The notes beneath the pieces are model-generated. The model was not told the DNA's origin, did no database searches, and saw only the letters and a program-made list of their open reading frames with translations. Position numbers and translations under genes: made by a program. From a virus, in the IMG/VR virus record IMGVR_UViG_3300021963_000062, positions 33,016 to 97,015 of that record: DNA of 64,000 nucleotides. One strand, given 5' to 3'. Below are positions 56,196-64,000 of the stretch, one piece after another. The first letter of the stretch is position 1. Each line of letters opens with the position of its first letter.

Positions 56196-58541
56196 TTAGA
56201 ACCTAAATTTAACATTTGCTGATACTGCGGTGTTGGAAACACCATCAGAAATCTGATGAATTCCCTGAATAAACACCATCTCCTTATAGTCAACGGTAGC
56301 AGAAACCTCAGCAGAGTTATCAGTCGCATAAGAACCTTCTACACTAACACCGAAGAGATCTTTTTTCTTACCACCAAAACGATGTGAAAGATTAAGACCA
56401 ACTTCACCAGTGTGTGAAGTCTCATCTACTGCTGCAACACTTCTTGCGGACTGAATAGAACCTGACTCAGTAAAGGCATCTCTACGAGTATTTCCAACAG
56501 TGTATCCAACAAAAGGTGTGATGTTCTTATGAGCGTGCCAGAAGAGTCTGTTAGTGACCCACCACTCTTGTCCAGTGGTAGAACTCTCATTATTAAATAC
56601 ACCTTGAACATTTCTGGAGACATTATACTTGTTTTGAGCAAGTCCAGCGTTCGTGAGAAGTGAAAGTGTATTTCCACGGAACATATTGAAGACACCAATG
56701 TGACTCTTATTCAATGAGGAAGTGCTATCAACACCATCAAGATCAATATTTACATTATTATACTGAGCCCCAATAGTCCAGGTTGGTTTAATATCAATTT
56801 CTAGTCCACCACCATAGATGAAGGACTTTGCGGAATATCCATTATCAGCAGAAGACCAAGCATAATAGTTCTTGCTGAACACTCTGACCTTATCGGTTGT
56901 TGGTTCGGTTGGTTCGTGGTTCAGAAGACCTTGCAATCCACTACCAAGACCACCAATACTTTCTAGAACTTCGTGTTGGTCTACACGACCAAAGAGAGAA
57001 TCATAAGTGTGCGAAATCGTAACATCATTCCAGAGTTCATAAGTATCAACAGGTGTTCCATTGGTTATGGTTTCATTTCCAGCAGCATCAGTTGTTGTAG
57101 TAACTGGTGTTGTGGTGATGGTTCTAACCATCGGAGTTGTGGTGGTCTTCGTATGATGTCTTGCGATTCTCTGAACACCACTATTTTCAGAAGCGTCGTG
57201 TTCAGTAAGTGTGATGTTTACAACTGGAAGGTTTGAAGACTGAACAGATGCCTGGGCAACTGATGGTCTTGTGATCGCAGTAGAATCAAGTGCAGTTGCG
57301 GTCACAGCAGAAGTTGGAGAACCATTTGCAGAAGAATAAGTTACAACTGGTGTTCCATTTGTTGTGGTTGAAGTTCCGTCAGAATAGGTGGTGGTTGTAA
57401 CTGGGGTTGTTGTGGTGGTTGTGGTATCAACTGGTGTTGTGGTGACTACGGTATCAGTATAAGTTCTAACTCTTGGGTTTCCATCAGCATCAGTATCTGT
57501 AACAGTTCTGGTTACATAAGTTGTCGCAGAAGTTGATGATGAAGAAACTGATGTTGTAACTGAATTTGTGGTTGTAGTTCCTGTGACTGTTGGTGTGGAA
57601 GGAGTTGTAGGAGCAGAAGCAGAACCTACATCAGTAACAGTAAAGGTTGATGGAGTTGCACCACCAGCACCACCAGCAACAGCACCAGAACCAGCAGCGA
57701 AAGCAGAAGGGCCAAAGATATAAGCATACTGAATATTAACAATATCACCAGCATTTAATCCAGTGAACATAAATCCAAGACCGATGGTGTAGTCACCATT
57801 TCCGTTATCTACACCATTGTAATAATTGATTGGATCAGTAGTCCAAGAGGCACTTACACCAGAGTTGACTCCACCAATTTGACCTGTGAATAACCCTAGA
57901 GCATACTTGGATGCGAGTGCCTCTGATAGAACTACATTGGTTGCTGGAATACCACCAGCATATCCTCTAACATTAAGAGTTGCGGAACTATCTCCTGCGG
58001 CAGCTCTTGCGTCTGGGTCAGTGAATCTACCGAAGTAAAGAGTTGGAACAGCGATCAAAAACTCTAAACGAGTATTGATATCGACAAAGTGTTGATTATC
58101 ATTGAATCTTACATCGTGTTCAATAGTAAAGTTTGATGTAGAACCAGACCATACTGCACGATTATCGTATGTGACTCCTCTATAGGATACTCCAGAGTAG
58201 TCTGCGTTGGTTCCTGTGATTGGGTTTGATTGACCAAAACCACCAGTATTATTGTTGGAGTGATTAAAGATGATTGCTCCAGTCGCATCTAATCCTTTAA
58301 TCGTCCATCCCTCAAAAGGAGTTCCAGGAGTTAGATAATCGTATGCAGGATTAAAAGTTGATGTGCAAGTGGAATCGTAGAGAATACCTGGTGCGGTGTT
58401 TCCTTGCGAACCAATAGTTCCTCTATCTGAGGTTCCAATTTTGACACAATTTCCTTGCAGGGTGACATTACCTGCAAATGCTGATGGTGCGCCAATCAAT
58501 AGCGCAGACGCTGCAGCAAGCGCCCTTTTAGCGTAAGACAT
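56196..58541 (-). CDS. autotransporter-like outer-membrane protein
   Basis: Signal peptide, passenger domain, Thr-rich stalk, beta-barrel ending KFRF. Confidence 0.75.
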   Translation of the reverse strand: MSYAKRALAAASALLIGAPSAFAGNVTLQGNCVKIGTSDRGTIGSQGNTAPGILYDSTCTSTFNPAYDYLTPGTPFEGWTIKGLDATGAIIFNHSNNNTGGFGQSNPITGTNADYSGVSYRGVTYDNRAVWSGSTSNFTIEHDVRFNDNQHFVDINTRLEFLIAVPTLYFGRFTDPDARAAAGDSSATLNVRGYAGGIPATNVVLSEALASKYALGLFTGQIGGVNSGVSASWTTDPINYYNGVDNGNGDYTIGLGFMFTGLNAGDIVNIQYAYIFGPSAFAAGSGAVAGGAGGATPSTFTVTDVGSASAPTTPSTPTVTGTTTTNSVTTSVSSSSTSATTYVTRTVTDTDADGNPRVRTYTDTVVTTTPVDTTTTTTTPVTTTTYSDGTSTTTNGTPVVTYSSANGSPTSAVTATALDSTAITRPSVAQASVQSSNLPVVNITLTEHDASENSGVQRIARHHTKTTTTPMVRTITTTPVTTTTDAAGNETITNGTPVDTYELWNDVTISHTYDSLFGRVDQHEVLESIGGLGSGLQGLLNHEPTEPTTDKVRVFSKNYYAWSSADNGYSAKSFIYGGGLEIDIKPTWTIGAQYNNVNIDLDGVDSTSSLNKSHIGVFNMFRGNTLSLLTNAGLAQNKYNVSRNVQGVFNNESSTTGQEWWVTNRLFWHAHKNITPFVGYTVGNTRRDAFTESGSIQSARSVAAVDETSHTGEVGLNLSHRFGGKKKDLFGVSVEGSYATDNSAEVSATVDYKEMVFIQGIHQISDGVSNTAVSANVKFRF

Positions 58542-58681
58542 AAAAATCCCCTGAACTTAGTGTGTACTAAACGAAACAAACCGAAGTTTTGTTTAAAAGT
58601 AAAGTAATCACCAAGTCCAGAGGACTCGGACTATGTAGATTCAGATCAAAAGATCAAGAATCAGTAATAATTGTATCTTAT

Positions 58682-59350
58682 TTATCCTTTTTTCCAGGCT
58701 TCGCCTTCTGCCTTACGGCGGCGAGCAAGACCTGCTTCTACATTTGAACCAGGGTTACGATAGAGATAAAGAGCATCAGGAACCAAGTCCCACTCCTTAT
58801 TCTTCAGACGCTTTGTAATGGTATTGAAATTATCTCCACCATAGAAACCAGCACCTAGATTATAAGCAAATGAGAGGAGTGCTCCTCTTTTACCATCAGT
58901 CATCTCATTCCAATGAGGAATCTTGCGAAGTGCAGGTAAGAACTGACTCTTACACTGACTGATGAGTAGATCGTCTGCCTCCTGTTGAGTGATAGTATCA
59001 CCCAGTTTGAATGGCGATCCATCCTTCTTGCGAGTGGAACCCCAACCAATAGTAATTGGAAGTCCACCAGTCAAGGGATCAGGATATGCAGATAGATGAC
59101 ATCCTTCAAACTCTTTGATAAGTTTGAGACCCATCATAGGCATATCATCACCACTTGTTACAGGAGCTGCAGCAGCGGCTGAGGCTGGTGCAGCACTAGT
59201 CTTTTTTCCTCTATAAATCTCAGCCCAGTCAATGTTGTCCTCTAGAAACTTGACGGGGAGATTATCTTCTAACCATTGAACTGCCTTGACATGGTTAGGA
59301 TTTCTTTCGTCGTAAAACTTGAAAAAGTTGTGTAAATCTATTCTAGCCAT
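58682..59350 (-). CDS. GH24 lysozyme/endolysin
   Basis: LIKEFEGC...AY.D...TIGWGST, SFAYNLG, GLARRR..E. Confidence 0.9.
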   Translation of the reverse strand: MARIDLHNFFKFYDERNPNHVKAVQWLEDNLPVKFLEDNIDWAEIYRGKKTSAAPASAAAAAPVTSGDDMPMMGLKLIKEFEGCHLSAYPDPLTGGLPITIGWGSTRKKDGSPFKLGDTITQQEADDLLISQCKSQFLPALRKIPHWNEMTDGKRGALLSFAYNLGAGFYGGDNFNTITKRLKNKEWDLVPDALYLYRNPGSNVEAGLARRRKAEGEAWKKG

Positions 59351-59361
59351 TGTTGTTCTCC

Positions 59362-60033
59362 TCAGTCAAAAATTCTACCCCAACCATCGTTGCCACCTGG
59401 GCACCAACGATGCTTAAGAACTGCTTTGGTGTAAATGGTTTTCTTACCATTTGTTACTGGACCGGTATAGTTATCGTTTAGAGAACCATATGGATCGTTG
59501 ATATAGTAACCCTTTCCATCTGGGGTCTTTCCTATAACAACACACATGTGCCCACCAGTAGGTGCAGAAAGAGAACCCCTATGGAGTATGCCAATAACAA
59601 CGGGCTTCCCAGCGTCCAGACTTTTATCAATATCAGCAAAAGATAGATTGTAACTAAAGTGTGACTTAACACCATAAGCTGCCAGAACTTTCGTCTGTAC
59701 GGCATGGTCAGTCGTATCACCAATCTCAAATACTTTCTTGACATACTCATCATCGCCCTTGATGCTGCCTGGCTTGAGGAAAGACAGACACATAGCACAC
59801 GATGAAGAGTTGCAAGTTCTATGTGCATCTCTATAGTTGTCTACTTGATTGTAGTAAGGGACTGCGAGAACTTCTGGAGTAGGGGGTTTTGTTCTAAAAA
59901 TTCCAATCCATTCGGATTCAGAATCATCCATGAATTGTGCAGGAAGGTTATCCTCTAACCATTGAACTGCAGCTACATGATTCGCGTTATTATCATCATA
60001 ATACTTGAAGAAGTTATGAAGATCTAAAGTCAT
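59362..60033 (-). CDS. C39-like cysteine peptidase
   Basis: VPYYNQ, TCNSSSCAM, GHM, NDPYG. Confidence 0.8.
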   Translation of the reverse strand: MTLDLHNFFKYYDDNNANHVAAVQWLEDNLPAQFMDDSESEWIGIFRTKPPTPEVLAVPYYNQVDNYRDAHRTCNSSSCAMCLSFLKPGSIKGDDEYVKKVFEIGDTTDHAVQTKVLAAYGVKSHFSYNLSFADIDKSLDAGKPVVIGILHRGSLSAPTGGHMCVVIGKTPDGKGYYINDPYGSLNDNYTGPVTNGKKTIYTKAVLKHRWCPGGNDGWGRIFD

Positions 60034-60067
60034 AGATATTCTTTTTGCGACACTGAGGTATTTAGTA

Positions 60068-60712
60068 TTATGCAAGTGTAATGTCTGCAGATCTCAACAC
60101 ACCATCAGTTCCGCGAACTTTAATTCTCAAATTTGTGTCTGATGTGAGTTCAAAACTCATTTGAGAATTATTTACTGGAGTAGAAGTATTTGCAAGTCCA
60201 ACTGTGGCAATTCCAGTTATTAATGTATCACCTTGGACATGAAATAAACATACTGGAGAATTTGTTCCTATGCCAACAGATCCAATACCAGTTACTATAA
60301 CGGGAGTAGCATCAGGATTTGTTTCATCTTCAACAACTAGGGCATTTCCGCCACCAGTTTGAGTAATTCTTAATGCATCAATAGAACTATTGACTGATAA
60401 TGTGGTAAGTCCAACAACTGTTAATCCTATAAGTGAACCAAATCCTCCACTTACTGTTGTCGAAACTCCAGATGATGATGAATAAGTTGCAACACCCGCT
60501 GTTGTTGCATATCCAGATATAGTTGCAACACCAGATGTGGTTGCATAAGTTGCTATACCAGCAGTATTAACATAACTCGTTAATGTATTTCCGTTTCCAA
60601 AAGTATTATAAATTTCCAGAAAATTTTGATTAATTTTTACAGCACCAGCTAACAGAGAGTCGCCTAAACCATCATTAGGCGATGTTCCTGTACTAATCCC
60701 CTGCCTTGCCAT
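60068..60712 (-). CDS. virion structural protein
   Basis: NDGLGDSL...KIN.NF.EIY module, AGIATYA repeats. Confidence 0.7.
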   Translation of the reverse strand: MARQGISTGTSPNDGLGDSLLAGAVKINQNFLEIYNTFGNGNTLTSYVNTAGIATYATTSGVATISGYATTAGVATYSSSSGVSTTVSGGFGSLIGLTVVGLTTLSVNSSIDALRITQTGGGNALVVEDETNPDATPVIVTGIGSVGIGTNSPVCLFHVQGDTLITGIATVGLANTSTPVNNSQMSFELTSDTNLRIKVRGTDGVLRSADITLA

Positions 60713-60743
60713 ATTCTTTAGATACTATATTTCTAATAGGTAT

Positions 60744-61310
60744 TTATGATCTACCACCCCATTGGATATCAGGATAAGCATCAGATACATTTTGTTTAGT
60801 AATATTATACTTAGTTTGAAGTTTTTTATCTTTAACAAGAATAAGGATTTCCGCTTCGAGTGGGTGCAATCCTTCAAGAATATTAATAAACATCATCTCC
60901 CTCTTTCTGTTAGAAAGACGATCATTACCACCTTTTACAAAATTATAAAAATAAGTGTACTCTTGACGAATAGAAGTTCTACCTTGATCTTGAGATCCAA
61001 TAGAATTGGAATGCAATTCATCCATCATCTCTACAGCCCTATTAATATTGTCGCTGAGGTTACCAGAAGAAACATTTTGTTGAGAAACACTACCATATGG
61101 GACAAGACCCTCTGGTAATTCAGAAACAATAGTTTCATCAAAATTCCAAATAAGAATTGTAGTTAATGATGGATGGGCGTATTTTTTAAGAATCTCTGCC
61201 TTTTTTGCATTTGATTTTTGTTTTGCGACAAGTGCAAGAACTTCGAAAGCAAAAGGATTGGAGGGTAGATCTTCCGAAACTACCCTCGGAATTTTAGTTT
61301 GAGTAGCCAT
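60744..61310 (-). CDS. conserved T4-like phage protein
   Basis: WNFD....LPEG.VPY, RE.MFI..LEGLHP.EA. Confidence 0.7.
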   Translation of the reverse strand: MATQTKIPRVVSEDLPSNPFAFEVLALVAKQKSNAKKAEILKKYAHPSLTTILIWNFDETIVSELPEGLVPYGSVSQQNVSSGNLSDNINRAVEMMDELHSNSIGSQDQGRTSIRQEYTYFYNFVKGGNDRLSNRKREMMFINILEGLHPLEAEILILVKDKKLQTKYNITKQNVSDAYPDIQWGGRS

Positions 61311-61347
61311 AAGACTTAGTTCAATTCAGTTGTTATTAATATTTAGA

Positions 61348-62493
61348 TCAGAGTTTGAATCCAGCAAACGTATCTTTCTTTACGTCCTGTTTGATACCAC
61401 CAACAACATAAGATTCTACTTCTGTTTCTTGTGGGGCTACCTGAAGACCCTTAGAAGAGATCCAGTGTTCAGTCCAAGGCAATGGATTGTTCTTTGCGGG
61501 AACATCATAAAGTGGTTTCAACCCAATCGCCTTCATACGACGATTTGCAATCCACTCAACATAGTTATTGAGAAGTTTGTCATTTAGTCCAATCATGGAT
61601 CCATCTCTGAACAGGTACTTAGCCCATTCTTTTTCCTCATTCACACAATTGCGGAAGCACTCCGTTACCCAAGATTCTTCTTCTTGAGCAATTTCTTGCA
61701 TCTCTGGATCATCTCCTTCGCGCCACTTATTGAGGATGTTTTGAGTAATGACAAGGTGCTGATTTTCGTCTCTTGCGATGAGAGAGATAATTTTAGCGGA
61801 TCCTTCCATAAGCTTGAGTTCACCAAACGCAAAGCTGCAAGCGAACGAGACATAGAACCTGATACCTTCAAGAATATTGACATTTGCAACAGCACGATAG
61901 AGTTTACGTTTGAGTTCCTTACGATTATCTTTGGAATATCCCGCACCTTCTTGTGCATGAATCCACTCATTAGAAGTCCCATATTGTTGTGCAGCATTAA
62001 TAAAGTCGTTGTATGCCTCAGTAACAGAGGTTGCACGACTCACAATCTTCTCATCATCTAGAATATGGTCAAAGACTTCTGCAGCATCAGGATAAACATT
62101 CTTAATAATGTATGTATAAGAACGACTATGAATCATCTCCATAAATCCCCAAACCTCCATGCACGCTTCCAGTTCAGGAAGAGAACAGTAAGGGATGAAT
62201 GCCATACCAGGGCCACGACCTTGAACGGAGTCAAGCATGATCTGATACTTCAAGTTGGAAGTAAAAATATGTTTTTGTTCTGGACGAAGTAGTTGATAAT
62301 CACTACGATCCTTCTGGAGGGATACCTCTTCAGGCCTCCAGAAGTATCCGAGTTGTTGTTGAGTCAGTTTATCAAATACTGGGTACTTGTAGTGATCATA
62401 ACGCTGCAAACCTAGTGGTTGACCAAAAAACATTGGTTGTTTGCGGGTATCAACATCTGTACTGGTGTTGAATACGGTCATTCCTTCTACCAT
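61348..62493 (-). CDS. nrdB: ribonucleotide reductase class Ia beta subunit
   Basis: FWRPEE, LDSVQGR, EMIHSRSY, LEGIRFYVSF, RDENQH, VAPQETE. Confidence 0.97.
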   Translation of the reverse strand: MVEGMTVFNTSTDVDTRKQPMFFGQPLGLQRYDHYKYPVFDKLTQQQLGYFWRPEEVSLQKDRSDYQLLRPEQKHIFTSNLKYQIMLDSVQGRGPGMAFIPYCSLPELEACMEVWGFMEMIHSRSYTYIIKNVYPDAAEVFDHILDDEKIVSRATSVTEAYNDFINAAQQYGTSNEWIHAQEGAGYSKDNRKELKRKLYRAVANVNILEGIRFYVSFACSFAFGELKLMEGSAKIISLIARDENQHLVITQNILNKWREGDDPEMQEIAQEEESWVTECFRNCVNEEKEWAKYLFRDGSMIGLNDKLLNNYVEWIANRRMKAIGLKPLYDVPAKNNPLPWTEHWISSKGLQVAPQETEVESYVVGGIKQDVKKDTFAGFKL

Positions 62494-62512
62494 TTGAAAC
62501 TCCTTTTGTATA

Positions 62513-64000
62513 CTAGATTTTGCAGCTTTCACAATCTTCCTCACTGGACTCCATAATTTGTTCAAGTAATTTGTTTAGTTGATCCTTAGTAGTTTCCTCC
62601 TTAACTTCATCAGTCTTATGATCATATGTATTCTGATAATACGATGTCTTCCAACCATACTTATAAGTCCTTAGAAGGTCTTGTGCCATGACTGAAGTGG
62701 GAACCTCATTGTCTGGGTAGTTCTCTGGGTTATAAGACCAGTTGCCACTGATAGCCTGATCAAAGAACTTCTGCATTACAGAGACAATATTAATATAACC
62801 AGTGTTATCAGGCATATCCCACAAGAGAGTATAATTGTTCTTGAGGGAACCATATTGTGGAACAATCTGTTTAAGAGGCCCTTTCTTTGATTTCTTAATG
62901 GACAAGTATCCCCGAGGAGGCTCAATGCCATTGGTGGCATTTGACACAACGGAACTGCTCTCCGATGGCATTTGTGCTGACAGTGTTGAATGTCGTAATC
63001 CAAATGTTTGAATCTCGGTACGTAGAGTTTCCCAATCATAGTTGAGTGTATTAGGTACGATTTCGTCTACATCTTTCTTGTAAGTATCAATAGGGAGAAG
63101 TCCTTGATAATACTTTGTACGATTGAAATCTGTACATGCACCCTTCTCTTTTGCGATTTGATTTGAAGATTTCAATAGGTAATATTGGAATGCTTCAGTC
63201 AAATCATGAACCAAGTTCCAAGACTCCTGAGAGTCATACTTTACACCGTGTTTTGCAAGATAATGTGCAAGTCCGATGTAACCAATACCAAGAGAACGAC
63301 GAGATTTTGTTGCAAGTTCTGCAGCATTTACTGGGTAATCCTGGTAGTCAATCAGTTCTTCAAGAGAACGAACTGAAAGATCACAAAGTTCTTCCAAATC
63401 ATCTAACTCACGAATCTTACCCACATTAATTGCAGAAAGAATACAAAGTGCAATCTCGCCAGCAATATCATCAATGTGTTGAAGTGGTTCTGTAGGAAGA
63501 GTGATTTCCTGACAGAGATTACTCATCCACACTTTATCAATAAAAGAACTGTGAGAATTGCAATGATCGATATTCATAATGTAAATACGACCAGTTTCAG
63601 CTCGTTCTTTCAGAATATCTAGAATAAGTTCTTGAGCCCTGACAGTTTTTCTTGGAATAGACTGATCTCGTTCTGCAGCCACATAGAGATCATCAAACTC
63701 AGGAAGCCCAAAAGCATCAGATACCTCTTGAACATCATGAGGTGAGAAGAGGGACATCTCTTCGTCATTGATAAATCTTTCATAAAAAAGTTTTGAGAAT
63801 TGAATTGAATAATCTAATTTACGAACACGGTTATCTTCAGTTCCTTTATTGTTCTTCAGTACAATAATATCTTCTATTTCTTTGTGCCAAATGGGGAAGT
63901 GAACCGTAGCTGATCCACCTCTAATGCCATTTTGAGTACAGCATCGGACAGTCGCTTCAAACTTCTTGAGGAATGGAACAACACCTGTGTGTTGAACTTC
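62513..64000 (-). CDS. nrdA: ribonucleotide reductase class Ia alpha subunit, 5' part outside window
   Basis: CTQNGIRGG, SNLCQEI, MPSESSS, KTSYY, C-terminal CESC. Confidence 0.97.
   Translation of the reverse strand, partial: EVQHTGVVPFLKKFEATVRCCTQNGIRGGSATVHFPIWHKEIEDIIVLKNNKGTEDNRVRKLDYSIQFSKLFYERFINDEEMSLFSPHDVQEVSDAFGLPEFDDLYVAAERDQSIPRKTVRAQELILDILKERAETGRIYIMNIDHCNSHSSFIDKVWMSNLCQEITLPTEPLQHIDDIAGEIALCILSAINVGKIRELDDLEELCDLSVRSLEELIDYQDYPVNAAELATKSRRSLGIGYIGLAHYLAKHGVKYDSQESWNLVHDLTEAFQYYLLKSSNQIAKEKGACTDFNRTKYYQGLLPIDTYKKDVDEIVPNTLNYDWETLRTEIQTFGLRHSTLSAQMPSESSSVVSNATNGIEPPRGYLSIKKSKKGPLKQIVPQYGSLKNNYTLLWDMPDNTGYINIVSVMQKFFDQAISGNWSYNPENYPDNEVPTSVMAQDLLRTYKYGWKTSYYQNTYDHKTDEVKEETTKDQLNKLLEQIMESSEEDCESCKI

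Noticed and set aside
33866-62565. Longest-ORF starts for GME, gnd, talC, hydrolase, C39 and nrdB
   Set aside because: The extensions run into promoters, terminators or upstream genes, so internal ATG starts were used
61348-64000. Intein or intron in nrdA/nrdB
   Set aside because: The visible parts have normal length and continuous motifs

Overview
This AT-rich window comes from a T4-like cyanomyophage, probably a freshwater Synechococcus/Cyanobium phage (inferred from gene content). Almost all genes are on the minus strand. It carries photosynthesis and redox auxiliary genes (psbA, psbD, two hli, petF, PTOX, peroxiredoxin, thioredoxin, dps) and carbon genes (talC, gnd). Two glycan or tailoring islands encode gmd, a ColD-like PLP enzyme, a carbamoyltransferase, tandem radical SAM genes, 2OG oxygenases, three GT11s, GT25, GT2/7, GT10-like, ugd, GME, methyltransferases and nadE. 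Also present are 10 tRNA genes, the PhotoRC-II and wcaG RNA motifs, virion/lysis genes, nrdB and a partial nrdA. Best novelty candidates: (1) a coupled operon of a PD-(D/E)xK endonuclease, a Mom-like adenine-modifying GNAT and a LOG nucleosidase, behind a perfect sigma70 promoter, possibly a non-methyl restriction-modification system; (2) strong window-wide avoidance of GGWCC; (3) a wcaG-type pseudoknot/UGGYG repeat array interleaved with small ORFs; (4) a phage amidinotransferase between paralogous fucosyltransferase-like genes; (5) repeated promoter-inside-hairpin architecture. All family assignments come from recognising motifs by eye; no searches were run.
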